The notes beneath the pieces were generated by a model. The model saw nothing but the letters and a program-made list of their open reading frames with translations. It did no database searches and was not told the DNA's origin. From an uncultured Gammaproteobacteria bacterium (lineage in GTDB: Bacteria > Patescibacteriota > Patescibacteriia > Patescibacteriales > GWC2-42-12), in contig CAZLKB010000004.1 of assembly GCA_964560005.1 (NCBI GenBank), forward strand, positions 12,112-76,111: 64,000 bases of DNA, written 5' to 3'. Position 1 is the first letter of the stretch. Every line of letters starts with the position of its first letter. Positions 9,048 to 18,227 of the stretch are shown one piece after another. The translations under genes were made by a program, and so were the position numbers.

Positions 9048-9263
9048 TTAAAAACTGATCCAAAAATAAAAGGCGCCGATGAGGAATATAACTCCTCCCC
9101 AAAATATCTGCCCGCCCTTAAACATTTGAGCTTTTTTATTAACACGACCAGGAAGCACGATTTTTTCAATTCCTTTAAACAATATTGCCCAGCCTAAAAT
9201 AGTTGCGGCGACCGGCCAGTCGGCGACCCAAACATTGTGTGCAACAACGGTAGCTAAGCCCAA
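9048..9263 (-). CDS. Small hydrophobic membrane protein, function unknown; start uncertain (TTG, or an upstream ATG via a frameshift)
   Basis: 71-aa ORF, GLATVVAHNVWVADWPVAATILGWAILFKG...IFLIGAFYFWISF. An ATG at 9292-9294 would join this frame if the A6/T6 run at 9265-9270 were one base shorter. Confidence 0.4.
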   Translation of the reverse strand: MGLATVVAHNVWVADWPVAATILGWAILFKGIEKIVLPGRVNKKAQMFKGGQIFWGGVIFLIGAFYFWISF

Positions 9264-9308
9264 TAAAAAAGTAATGACTAATAATCTGCTTCATCTTTAT
9301 TCTAACAT

Positions 9309-9339
9309 AAAAACCGCCATTATTGAAAGGGCGGTTTTA
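9309..9339. terminator. Bidirectional-looking hairpin terminator downstream of the FTR1 gene
   Basis: AAACCGCC (9311-9318) pairs with GGCGGTTT (9330-9337), with A and T runs on either side. Confidence 0.5.
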
Positions 9340-9495
9340 AACTGGCTCCGATTTATTTTTTAGCATCATAAGGATATTTTAATTATTTATTGACAATATG
9401 TTACCATAAATTATTATTTTTTTCTATCGTTTATTCTTATTGAGACTTGCTTAATAATGAAAATTGCGGTTTTATTTTTCATAAAAAAATTAAAT

Positions 9496-10302
9496 TTATA
9501 TTACTTTATGCACCTTCTCTATGTTTTTCCAGAATACCACAACGGAAATAATATAAATAAAATAGCTTAATATTTCAATTAATGAAGGATTGCTGTTATA
9601 TCCGAACAATCCCTTTAAAATACTACCGATAAATCCATCCTCATTTAGGATTGAATTAATGTCCCAGACGTGTTCTATAACTATGGGAATTATTCCCGCT
9701 TCTTCAAATTCGTGGACACCATGGGCCACGAGCCCAGCGGCGAAAAGAATTAACAAGATGCTGGTGATATTAAAAAATTTCTTTAAATTAATTTTCATTG
9801 AACCGACGAAAATTGCATAGCCGAGAAAAATCGCTGCCGTAATGCCCGCCAAAGCTCCAAGCAAATTATTGCTGGCCGAAGTAAAACTGGCCGCCCCCAA
9901 AAAAATAACCGTTTCTATGCCCTCCCTTAAGACGGCGGTAAAAACCAATGAAAATAAACCGAATTTATGAGCCTCATTAAGTTTCGCGGTCACGCTCTGT
10001 TCTAATTCCTGAGTAATATGCTTCTGTTTCATCATCCATAGTATCATGGTGGTCAGAAGCAACGCACCAACCAACATAGTAACTCCTTCAAATATTTGCT
10101 CCGCTCTACCGGTAAATCCGCCCGCCAAATTAATAAATAACCAAGCGCCAATAATACTGGCGAACACGCCGAAAATGACACCCATATAGACGGCGTTATT
10201 ATATTTTGTTTGTTTTATTCTAACGAGATAACTCAAGATAATTCCAACTATTAAGGCGACTTCTAGCGTTTCTCTAAAGGTTATTATTAAACTTTGAATC
10301 AT
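9496..10302 (-). CDS. FTR1/EfeU-family high-affinity iron permease
   Basis: 268-aa polytopic protein with two REXXE motifs: FRETLEV (N-terminus) and LREGIETV (mid-protein). Confidence 0.8.
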   Translation of the reverse strand: MIQSLIITFRETLEVALIVGIILSYLVRIKQTKYNNAVYMGVIFGVFASIIGAWLFINLAGGFTGRAEQIFEGVTMLVGALLLTTMILWMMKQKHITQELEQSVTAKLNEAHKFGLFSLVFTAVLREGIETVIFLGAASFTSASNNLLGALAGITAAIFLGYAIFVGSMKINLKKFFNITSILLILFAAGLVAHGVHEFEEAGIIPIVIEHVWDINSILNEDGFIGSILKGLFGYNSNPSLIEILSYFIYIISVVVFWKNIEKVHKVI

Positions 10303-10531
10303 ACTTTTTTTCTACTAAATATTAATACCTTAATTTTTAAATAATTAAATTCTTAATCTCCTACTAAATTAGTCGGTATTAACATAATAACATACCTTAA
10401 ATTTATGTCAAATTTAAACTTCTTTTAATTTCACCTAAGACCAGCGGTTCGAATGCAAATGTGGAGCAAAAAAAATAACGCTTAATGTAAGCTTTATTTT
10501 TCGGCGTACTCAATCTTAATAAAAGAGTATT

Positions 10532-11776
10532 TTATTCATAAACCAAGCGGTAAATAACTCCGGCCGAATCATCGGAAAAATAAAGAGCGCCGTCTGCTAT
10601 CATAATATCGGCCGGCCGGCCGTATTTCCGGCCGTCTGGCCCGAGAAAACCGCTGATAAAATCATCTATGCCTTGAAGCTCGCCGCCGTCCGACAATCTT
10701 AAGCGGACGATCTTATAACCGGTGGGCGTACTCCTGTTCCAGGAGCCGTGGAGAGCTACCAAGGCATCGCCCGATAAATCCTTCGGCCAGCTTTGAGTAA
10801 AAAAAGCTATGCCCAAGGGCGCCGAATGAGCCGGCAAATCAATCAGGCTGGGGGTTTCAAACGGCTCAAGGCAAGGATTCCTAATATAAGTATTCTTATC
10901 AAATTCATCGTCATGAATATTTCGGCCGTAACAATTCGGCCAGCCGTAATTTTTTCCCCGAGCTAAAATATTAATTTCGTCAGGCGGTAAATCGTCGCCC
11001 AGATTATCTCGGCCCATTTCCGTAGCCCAAACCTGGCCGTCAGACGGATTAATAGCCATAAAAACGGCGTTGCGAAGCCCTTTGGCGAAAATTTCGCTGC
11101 TACCTCCGTCAAGATCCATAGCTAGAACCGCCGCGCGCCGCTCGTCCCCTTCCCGGCAGACATTGCAGGACGAGCCGACGGAAACCAGTAATTTATCCTG
11201 GTAAATCAACAAGCTTCGGGTAAAATGTCCGCCGCCGGACGGCAACTCAGCCAGCCGCTTGATAAAATTCGCCGTAAAATCCACCGGATTATAATCATAG
11301 GTAACTACTTCACTTTCCGAAGCCAAATAAAGCCGGCAGGAACCGGTCTGGGTTTTAAAAAAGGCCAAGCCGTGCGGTTTGCTTAGACCTTTCAAAACCG
11401 TTACTGTGCGATCCGACCGGCCATCGGCGTTCTTATCCGGCAGAGCCACAATTTGACCCGCGGCCGTTAGGCTGGCCGCTAAATTTCCGTCGCAATCCCT
11501 GGCTAGCGAGCGAGGATTATTGAGATCTTTGGCAAAAAGCGATAGGCTGGCCCCGGCCGGAATCCGGAGAGGAAATCCGGCGGCGGTTGAAGTAGCAGAA
11601 TTTGAACTATCAGCCGTGAAACTGCCGGCCTGATCCAGATAATCAACAGAGGCCGAGTCCGAATTTTTAAACGCCAAATAAGCGCCGCGCCAGCTGCCGG
11701 TTAAACGCCAAGCCGCGAATATGCCCGCAACCGCGGCCAATATAATTAAATATAAAATTATTTTTTTGTTGCGCAT
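10532..11776 (-). CDS. PQQ-dependent sugar (glucose/sorbosone) dehydrogenase-like beta-propeller, membrane/signal anchored
   Basis: 414 aa. Motifs PHGLAF, GGHFTRS, MGRDNLGDDLPPDEIN..GKNYGWPNCYG and HSAPLGIAFF are typical of the soluble GDH/sorbosone dehydrogenase family. Confidence 0.7.
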   Translation of the reverse strand: MRNKKIILYLIILAAVAGIFAAWRLTGSWRGAYLAFKNSDSASVDYLDQAGSFTADSSNSATSTAAGFPLRIPAGASLSLFAKDLNNPRSLARDCDGNLAASLTAAGQIVALPDKNADGRSDRTVTVLKGLSKPHGLAFFKTQTGSCRLYLASESEVVTYDYNPVDFTANFIKRLAELPSGGGHFTRSLLIYQDKLLVSVGSSCNVCREGDERRAAVLAMDLDGGSSEIFAKGLRNAVFMAINPSDGQVWATEMGRDNLGDDLPPDEINILARGKNYGWPNCYGRNIHDDEFDKNTYIRNPCLEPFETPSLIDLPAHSAPLGIAFFTQSWPKDLSGDALVALHGSWNRSTPTGYKIVRLRLSDGGELQGIDDFISGFLGPDGRKYGRPADIMIADGALYFSDDSAGVIYRLVYE

Positions 11777-11794
11777 AAATATTCCAGCTTGCCG

Positions 11795-11974
11795 CTATTT
11801 AAGGTTCGCTTCCAGCTTATCCTTTCTTGCTCGACTGAGCGCTTTTAACCTGCTCTTGGAAAGGCTGGTCCAACTCAATACGCCGATAGCGGCTCTTAAC
11901 GCTTCCTTCTCTTCATTAAGTAAATTTTTATTCAACAGCTTTAATAAAATAGTAACGGCTTTTTTGTCATCCAT
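11795..11974 (-). CDS. Possible 59-aa helical protein (below the ORF-track cutoff)
   Basis: Own translation: MDDKKAVTILLKLLNKNLLNEEKEALRAAIGVLSWTSLSKSRLKALSRARKDKLEANLK*. It fills the gap between two minus-strand genes. I recognised no homology. Confidence 0.3.
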   Translation of the reverse strand: MDDKKAVTILLKLLNKNLLNEEKEALRAAIGVLSWTSLSKSRLKALSRARKDKLEANLK

Positions 11975-12007
11975 AGATAACTTTATTTATATTTTCAAGC
12001 ATTATAT

Positions 12008-12589
12008 TTATTCGCCGATTACCTTTAGGTTCGGCAAAGCGATTTTTATTTGGCTAAGATCTGTTTTAGAATAATTATTGCCCGTCAAATTTAATATCTT
12101 CAGCTTAGTTAAATTTTTTATTTCCAGCGGCAAGCCGGTTAACTGATTATTTGAAAAGTCCAGCTCTTCAAGCAAGGCCAGCTGTCCGATTTCCGCCGGG
12201 ATGCCTGTCATTAGATTATTACCGGCCTTGAGCTTTTTCAACTGCTTCAAAAATCTAATTTCTCCGGGCAAAGCGCCGGTCAATTTGTTGGCTGAAATAT
12301 TTAATTCTTCTAAACTTTCCATTTTTAATACTTCCGCCGGCAGCCTTTCTAGCCCTTGATTGCTTAAATCCAGAACCTTCTTGGAATTCGCGGCCGGAGC
12401 CGTTGCGGCTTGATTGTCGCTTAAATTACCCGGCTGATTATTCCCGATTGAATCGGTAGCCGTTCTATTTTTAAAATAAATTAAACCGCCGCCGATAATG
12501 CTTACTACAATGATGGCGATAATTACGCCGACGCTCATCTTAAAATTTGATTTCGCGCCCTGAGGCATAGCTATTTTTTCTTCATTCAT
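12008..12589 (-). CDS. Membrane-anchored leucine-rich-repeat protein
   Basis: 193 aa with an N-terminal TM helix, followed by about 5 LRR units (LxxLxLxxNxLtxLPxEI), e.g. LEELNISANKLTGALPGEI and LEELDFSNNQLTGLPLEI. Confidence 0.75.
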   Translation of the reverse strand: MNEEKIAMPQGAKSNFKMSVGVIIAIIVVSIIGGGLIYFKNRTATDSIGNNQPGNLSDNQAATAPAANSKKVLDLSNQGLERLPAEVLKMESLEELNISANKLTGALPGEIRFLKQLKKLKAGNNLMTGIPAEIGQLALLEELDFSNNQLTGLPLEIKNLTKLKILNLTGNNYSKTDLSQIKIALPNLKVIGE

Positions 12590-12752
12590 AAATTTTAGAT
12601 TATCTTTATTAAGCTTAAATTAGTATTATAACTAATTTGACTTGCTATTGTTTTAATAAATACAAATCATGCCATAATTATACGCTTTCTTATTGCGAAT
12701 GCAACTCCGGCATAAAAGATGACCTGTCTCGCTCTATAGGGGTGGGGTCACC

Positions 12753-13328
12753 TTAGGCTTTTAATGAGCCGCGAAATCCCCTGGCGCCGTAGTAAGAATC
12801 CGCGCCGTTATGATAGACGAAGACATGGTCATAGCGGCGATCTGCGAAGATGGCGCCGCCGAGTTTTCTGATGTCAGACGGAGTTTTTAACCAGCTCGAA
12901 GTTTTTATGTCAAAATTTCCCAGTTTCTGCAACTCCCGATATTGTTCTTCCGTTAAAAGCTCAACGCCCATAGCGGCCGCCATATCAATGGCGGTATTTT
13001 TTGGTTTAAATTTTTTTCTCGACTCCAACGCTTCACGGTCGTAGCAAATATTTCTGCGGCCTTTAGGGCTTTCCGCCGAAAAGTCTATAAAAATATATTC
13101 ACCGGTCTTTTTATCATAAGCAATAATGTCCGGTTCGCCGCCGGTACTTTCCATTTCATTAAGCGACCACAGTTTCCCGATATTAGCTTCCAGCTTGGCT
13201 TGCACTTTATCCCATTTTAAATCTTTATGGCGATTCATGTTTTTCTCAAAACGGGCTTTTAAGACCTGGAGTAGCCCCTTGCGTTGTTCTGACGATAGCT
13301 CTTTTTTATTGCTTTTATTGTTGTTCAT
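12753..13328 (-). CDS. DUF4256-like protein
   Basis: 191 aa. The overall pattern (WSLNEMESTGGEPD..., FADRRYDHVFVYHNGADSYYGARGFRG) matches my memory of DUF4256. Confidence 0.55.
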   Translation of the reverse strand: MNNNKSNKKELSSEQRKGLLQVLKARFEKNMNRHKDLKWDKVQAKLEANIGKLWSLNEMESTGGEPDIIAYDKKTGEYIFIDFSAESPKGRRNICYDREALESRKKFKPKNTAIDMAAAMGVELLTEEQYRELQKLGNFDIKTSSWLKTPSDIRKLGGAIFADRRYDHVFVYHNGADSYYGARGFRGSLKA

Positions 13329-13391
13329 TCTTTTATTCTTAACTAATTTTTTATCCGGAATTATCCTGTTAAATGATCTTCAACCTAGCTA

Positions 13392-13775
13392 TTACTTCAT
13401 ATCCACCACAACCTTAAACCCGCCGTAAGCAAAACGCTTCATATCAAAAGGCATGGGCATATTTTCGTACTTTTTCCCCTCCTTATCCATCTCGGCCATG
13501 ACTTTTTTATTCACCTGATCGCGATGCGCCTTGGATTTATAGACAATATAAGAAAACCAGACGGCTTCATTTTTCTTTGCCTTTATCATTTTCGGAAAAG
13601 TGAGCGCCGGAGTCATGCCGCCGGTGTTGGGGCGCATGTCATCACCCACGCATTCCTTATAATCAAGAGCGCCGTGCTTTAGCCAAACCCTGGCTCCTTC
13701 TCGCGCCATCTTGCGGTAGGCGGCGAAATTCTTCTTCGGCACCACCAGCACGAAACCGTCAACATATTCTGCCAT
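13392..13775 (-). CDS. DUF1428-family protein
   Basis: 127 aa. The N-terminus MAEYVDGFVLVVPKKNFAAYRKMA..GALDYKECVGDD is typical of DUF1428. Confidence 0.7.
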   Translation of the reverse strand: MAEYVDGFVLVVPKKNFAAYRKMAREGARVWLKHGALDYKECVGDDMRPNTGGMTPALTFPKMIKAKKNEAVWFSYIVYKSKAHRDQVNKKVMAEMDKEGKKYENMPMPFDMKRFAYGGFKVVVDMK

Positions 13776-13792
13776 ATAATTAAATTTAATTA

Positions 13793-14260
13793 TTATTTAC
13801 CCTTGAAAGCTTTTTCCAAATCGGAAATTATAATTTTTTTCATTGGTAAAAAAGCTTGAGTTACCCGATCAATCTGTTCGGGCGTGCCCTTTCGCATCAT
13901 TTCCCCCATCGCGGTCGGAACAATCTGCCATGACAGCCCATATTTATCTTTTAGCCAGCCGCACTGTTCGGCCTCGGGCACGGCGGAAAGTTTCGACCAA
14001 TAGCGGTCGATTTCGGCTTGGTTTTGGCAATTTACCATAAGTGAAATTGCCTCGTTGAATTTAAAATTATGCTCGCGCGCGCTATCCATGGCGAAGAATT
14101 CCTGTCTCGCGAGGAAAAACGAGCCATGCATGACTGTACCCTGTATTTCCGGTTCCATTCCTGCTCCATATCGCTCAATCTCTCCTACTTTCCCTTCCGG
14201 AATGATAGATGAATAGAAATTCATCGCCGCCTCGGCTTTTCCCTTACAGTCCGGCGACAT
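13793..14260 (-). CDS. VOC/glyoxalase-superfamily protein (PhnB-like, '3-demethylubiquinone-9 3-methyltransferase domain' family)
   Basis: 155 aa. The blocks GKAEAAMNFY and CGWLKDKYGLSWQIVP are characteristic of this family. Confidence 0.7.
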   Translation of the reverse strand: MSPDCKGKAEAAMNFYSSIIPEGKVGEIERYGAGMEPEIQGTVMHGSFFLARQEFFAMDSAREHNFKFNEAISLMVNCQNQAEIDRYWSKLSAVPEAEQCGWLKDKYGLSWQIVPTAMGEMMRKGTPEQIDRVTQAFLPMKKIIISDLEKAFKGK

Positions 14261-14447
14261 TAGGGAGTATTCCTTCCTTTATAAGTTCAACTGTATTCAA
14301 GGTTTTATATTTACCCATTTCAAACTCACCGCCGCCTTTAGCCACTAGCGGCATGCCGCAATCAACCAGAATCTTGGCTGTATCAGTCCAAATCTCTACG
14401 CAAGATCCGCCAATTTCTTTTGTGCCTCGATGTATTTTTAATTTCAT
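14244..14447 (-). pseudogene. 5' fragment (67 codons) of an MBL-fold metallo-hydrolase gene
   Basis: MKLKIHRGTKEIGGSCVEIWTDTAKILVDCGMPL...GILPNVAGL* matches MBL-fold N-termini, but it stops before the HxHxDH motif. The ORF end overlaps the start of the next gene. Confidence 0.6.
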
Positions 14448-15235
14448 TAGAGTTTTATTTCTTTAAGTTCAAGCTTAAAGCCATCTTTAAATACAATCAT
14501 TTTGCATTTATCATCAAATGACTTAGCTACCAAACTAAATTTAATATCCTCGTCCGGATTTATTATTAAAAAGAAACCGATTTTCTCAATTCCTGATTTA
14601 GCTAAATCGTCGTTAATTTTATCAATAAAATTTTTGATATTTGGATATTGAACCATCGCCATCAGCTGTTGCCCCGAGTTCGAGTTTACAAATGTTAAAA
14701 CGGCTGGTTTTATTGTTATGCCTGAAACAATTTTAAAATCGGTATAAAATGCCTCTTTGGCTGCATAGACGAATTTACTATAAACATAGGCTTCGAGTAC
14801 TGCTTTAAGGATTGACTCAGATGAGCCAATTTTTTTAGCTTCAATAACGAATAATTTACCATCCTTATACGACAGCAAATCTATGTCGCCATGCTTAGAT
14901 TTAAGTTTCTCCTTAAACGGCACTTCATAATCCAGCATTTTACCCAACAGGGGCAATTCTTTTAAATTAAACAATGCTCGGCAAAACCTTTTTTCAACAT
15001 GCTGTGATATATCAGTCGCAAGTTGGCACTGTCCGTGATGGCTGGAAAGGCGAAAATTATTTTTACGCAAGCCTTCGTAATTTATTTTTACCTTCTCAAA
15101 TTCATCAAGAAGCAGTTTGGCTATTTCTTCCGAATACCCCCTAGGGCGCAGGCTTGTCCAATTGTATACAGAGAACCAATCCTTTTTTAATTCAGACCAT
15201 TCCTCTAATAATAGTTCTCTATTTTTATTTGACAT
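14447..15235 (-). CDS. PD-(D/E)xK nuclease-fold-like protein, function unknown
   Basis: 262 aa. The candidate catalytic pattern is DYEVP...GDIDLLSYKDGKLFVIEAKK (D..ExK). Its stop overlaps the MBL-fragment start by 1 nt (TAATG). The region looks AT-richer than its flanks by eye. Confidence 0.5.
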   Translation of the reverse strand: MSNKNRELLLEEWSELKKDWFSVYNWTSLRPRGYSEEIAKLLLDEFEKVKINYEGLRKNNFRLSSHHGQCQLATDISQHVEKRFCRALFNLKELPLLGKMLDYEVPFKEKLKSKHGDIDLLSYKDGKLFVIEAKKIGSSESILKAVLEAYVYSKFVYAAKEAFYTDFKIVSGITIKPAVLTFVNSNSGQQLMAMVQYPNIKNFIDKINDDLAKSGIEKIGFFLIINPDEDIKFSLVAKSFDDKCKMIVFKDGFKLELKEIKL

Positions 15236-15273
15236 AAAAAAAATTTGCTTTATCGGCTATGCTGGATCCAAGT

Positions 15274-16026
15274 TTAATTATCAGTTAATATTTTATAACT
15301 CTTAACCAGCCAGACACCGTCAGTCGATTCCCAATATTGGTTAAGGTAAATTTCAGCTGTCAATTGTTTGTTCTCCAATAACACTACTGTGGCCACGGCA
15401 GCTTTGCTCGGCTCAATCGTTTTAATTGATTTAAGCGTCAGACTGTTTTCTCCGTGGCTTATGGAAGTCAAATCCCCTTTTTCCAATTCGTTCTTAACGA
15501 CAGCGACCGGATCTTTTCTCCAGGACTGGATGCCTTCGTCGGCTAGGGTTTGATAAAGTTTCAAAAATTCCTTATTAAACCCTTTATTTACATAAACCGT
15601 ATTGTCATTGTAAATCTGACTGATCTGCCGATCTCTCTGCTCCTGTATCTTATACCCAATCTGCGCCGCTTCAATTGGCAAAAATACAAATAAAAAAACG
15701 GCGAAAATACCCAATATGGTATTCCTAAAACCGATTTTACCCGCCTCCTTATCGTGACGGTAAAAAAACCAAATGAAAACCGATAATAATAAAAATCCTA
15801 TGACAAACGGTAATAATGGATAGAGAAAAAATAATAAATAATCATTCTTTAAAAATTCAATCAGCATACCGCCAAAATTATCCGTAAAATTCCTGCCCGC
15901 CATATTACCGACCCAGAGAATAGCCGGGACTTTAAACATGATATACAAAAATAACAGCGCTAAAATCGAAACTACCGCTAAAAAATCGGAAAAATAACGG
16001 CTGATTAACAGCAAAACTTTTTTCAT
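15274..16026 (-). CDS. Membrane protein (about 4 TM helices plus a C-terminal soluble domain), function unknown
   Basis: 250-aa ORF with hydrophobic segments in residues 1-125. I recognised no motifs. AT-rich. Confidence 0.5.
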   Translation of the reverse strand: MKKVLLLISRYFSDFLAVVSILALLFLYIMFKVPAILWVGNMAGRNFTDNFGGMLIEFLKNDYLLFFLYPLLPFVIGFLLLSVFIWFFYRHDKEAGKIGFRNTILGIFAVFLFVFLPIEAAQIGYKIQEQRDRQISQIYNDNTVYVNKGFNKEFLKLYQTLADEGIQSWRKDPVAVVKNELEKGDLTSISHGENSLTLKSIKTIEPSKAAVATVVLLENKQLTAEIYLNQYWESTDGVWLVKSYKILTDN

Positions 16027-16042
16027 AATTTATTATTTTAAT

Positions 16043-16867
16043 TTATACAATTTTGTTTTTTCTTAATTTTTCCAGATATAGCACCAGGGGGATGTAGCAG
16101 ATAATTGCTAAGCTGAAAATGACTAAATAGGGAGCGGTGGAAATATACCGCAAATATTGCCAACCGACATCCTGAAAATGTATTTGAACGGCTTCGGCGT
16201 TGGTGATAAACGTCAGGGATAAAAAGGCATTATAGACCCACAATAAATAATTCGTCTTGGGATTTTTTATCAGCTTTTTGCTGACAAAGAAAAATACGGC
16301 TAAATATAAGGCGATAAAAAGACTGGTCACCGGAATCTGAAATTTCCAGCGCCCGTCCGGTGGAATGGAAATAAGAACATAATAGATATTTATTCCCAGT
16401 AAAAAAAGCGCGCCGAGTAGAAATGATTTTAAAAAAGAAATATTTAAATTTAATTTAAATTTTTGTTTTGGCAAAAAGATCAAATTTATCCCCCTGATAG
16501 CGATGCCAACCAAGCCGCCAGCGATATAAGCGCCAAGCAACATTAAGGTAAGATCTAAACCATCATGGCCAAATGGATTAATATATGCGAAAAAAGCAGT
16601 ATTTATATGGCTAGTAAAATACAGAATAAATTTTCCGAAAAACACCGACACAAAACTAAAAAAGACTGAACTGGCTAGAATCGCAGGAAGAAATTCATAG
16701 CTTTTATTTTTATTCTGCGATAAAGCAGACATTAGTCCTGCGGCCACCGGCGTAAGCGCGACCAGGACAATCCAACTCACCGAGTAAGAAAGAAGATTAT
16801 CAATATTCAAAAATAGCAATAAAAAAATGAAAACCGCGAGCGAATTAAATATTAATAATTTTTTCAT
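16043..16867 (-). CDS. Polytopic membrane protein (about 8 TM helices), function unknown
   Basis: 274-aa, very hydrophobic ORF. I recognised no motifs. AT-rich. Confidence 0.5.
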   Translation of the reverse strand: MKKLLIFNSLAVFIFLLLFLNIDNLLSYSVSWIVLVALTPVAAGLMSALSQNKNKSYEFLPAILASSVFFSFVSVFFGKFILYFTSHINTAFFAYINPFGHDGLDLTLMLLGAYIAGGLVGIAIRGINLIFLPKQKFKLNLNISFLKSFLLGALFLLGINIYYVLISIPPDGRWKFQIPVTSLFIALYLAVFFFVSKKLIKNPKTNYLLWVYNAFLSLTFITNAEAVQIHFQDVGWQYLRYISTAPYLVIFSLAIICYIPLVLYLEKLRKNKIV

Positions 16868-16889
16868 AATACAAAATCAGTCATATAAT

Positions 16890-18008
16890 CTATTTTAAAT
16901 AAATTGCGATGTTCGCCTGATGCTCCTTGTAAGTCTTTGAGCAATGGATCTGTCTGTCTGAATCGTGCAAATAATATAGGCACTCGGTCTCGGCCGGATT
17001 AAGAGCAGCCTTAATGGCGGAAAGTCCCGGATTGCAGATTGGGTGAGGCGGTAACCCTTTATTACGATAAGTATTGTAAGGCGAAGCGATATCCGTGTCT
17101 CCGGCCTTGAGCGGCGTCCACCAGCTTCCTGCGCTTAAATAATTTAACGGTTGCGTATCATGGCGGGCTTCACCGTAATGGATAATATCATCGCGCGCAT
17201 ATTGAACCGTAGCGTCGATTTCCAACTTCATGCCACCGAGCAAACGATTCCAAATAATGCCTGAGACAAGCGGCATATCATTCTGGCCGGCCGCTTCGCG
17301 CTGGACGATCGAAGCAATTTTTAAAAGCGTATCCCATTTAACATTTTTATTTAACGCTTCCTTGGAGTATGGAGCAAATTTCTCTTCAAAGTGGACCCGC
17401 AGGCGGTCAGCGACAGCAAGCGGTTTTTCGTCAACCGGAATAAGATAAGTATCGGGAAAATATACGCCTTCCAGATAATCGTATTTTATAGCCGTAAAAT
17501 TCGTTATCCAATCGTTTTTTTGCTTTTCGCTCCAGTTCAAAGATAGCTGATCGGCTAAAATGTCAGCTATCTGCTCTTTGCGCAGGCCTTCGGGAATAAC
17601 CACCCATTTCATATATGGCTTGTCTTTTATAGCCTTGGCTATCTGCCAAGCATCCATTGACTTGGAAAGCTTATAGGCTCCTAGGACAAAACAATCGTCA
17701 CAGGTAGTATTGGCAAGCCTGCTTATAGCAATATCCGCCCCGATGGTTTTTAAATAAGCGATTCTGAATCCCGTTTCGTTCTTGATAAACCCTTTATCCT
17801 TGAGCAGTTTTGCAAGTCCCGTGAGATCGCTCGTTTCCGAGCTCAACGGTACGGTTAATTGTTCAGTCCCGGCCTTTGTTTGCGGAGCGGCAAATAAATT
17901 AAAATATATACATCCTCCGGCGATAACGGCGAAAACAATAATGATCCCGCCGATAATGGCAAGATATTTTAACCATTTATTATTCTTTTGACTTTGATTT
18001 TCCGCCAT
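16890..18008 (-). CDS. mltG: Endolytic murein transglycosylase MltG (YceG-like)
   Basis: 372 aa with an N-terminal TM helix. It carries YceG-type blocks LKIASIVQREA, GLPPHPICNPG and YYLHD. Confidence 0.8.
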   Translation of the reverse strand: MAENQSQKNNKWLKYLAIIGGIIIVFAVIAGGCIYFNLFAAPQTKAGTEQLTVPLSSETSDLTGLAKLLKDKGFIKNETGFRIAYLKTIGADIAISRLANTTCDDCFVLGAYKLSKSMDAWQIAKAIKDKPYMKWVVIPEGLRKEQIADILADQLSLNWSEKQKNDWITNFTAIKYDYLEGVYFPDTYLIPVDEKPLAVADRLRVHFEEKFAPYSKEALNKNVKWDTLLKIASIVQREAAGQNDMPLVSGIIWNRLLGGMKLEIDATVQYARDDIIHYGEARHDTQPLNYLSAGSWWTPLKAGDTDIASPYNTYRNKGLPPHPICNPGLSAIKAALNPAETECLYYLHDSDRQIHCSKTYKEHQANIAIYLK

Positions 18009-18099
18009 ATATTATTTGTTATTAGCATTTAATTACAGTTTATCACAATTGAGAATAATTTAAAATTTTATGCAAAGACCGACAGGGACCGGTCGGATA

Positions 18100-18134
18100 G
18101 AAAAACGACCGTCCCCCAGACAGGGGTCGGTCGC
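18100..18134 (-). terminator. Hairpin terminator after tRNA-Asn
   Basis: CGACCGTCCCC (18106-18116) pairs with GGGGTCGGTCG (18123-18133) with one mismatch, followed on the minus strand by TTTTT. Confidence 0.55.
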
Positions 18135-18155
18135 TTTGGAACTTTTTTTATCCTG

Positions 18156-18227
18156 CTCCCGGGGTCAGATTCGAACTGACGACCAACTCGTTAACAGCGA
18201 GCTGCGCTACCGCTGCGCTACCCGGGA
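18156..18227 (-). tRNA. tRNA-Asn (anticodon GTT)
   Basis: Hand-folded cloverleaf: acceptor TCCCGGG/CCCGGGA, D stem GCGC/GCGC, anticodon stem GCTCG/CGAGT with loop CTGTTAA, T arm GTCAG-TTCGAAT-CTGAC, discriminator G. No CCA is encoded. Confidence 0.9.

Noticed and set aside
9037-9102. N-terminal extensions given by the ORF caller (also 23223-23249 for dnaG, 41869-41904 for the TSP3 protein and 36985-37020 for pilD)
   Set aside because: The extra codons overlap a neighbouring gene or consist of spacer repeat words. Internal ATGs give sensible N-termini.
10446-10454. GGTTCGAAT T-loop-like word suggesting a tRNA in the FTR1 upstream spacer
   Set aside because: The flanks cannot form a T stem, an acceptor stem or an anticodon arm. 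It is an isolated 9-mer.
11721-12074. 117-aa plus-strand ORF spanning the gap between two minus-strand genes
   Set aside because: It overlaps both neighbouring minus-strand genes and has no motif. The 59-aa minus-strand ORF (11795..11974) fits the gap better, and even that is only low confidence.
13793-14260. VOC/PhnB-like gene as an N-terminally truncated pseudogene
   Set aside because: Its 155-aa length is normal for the family and the conserved core blocks are present. Only the neighbouring MBL-fold gene is clearly truncated.
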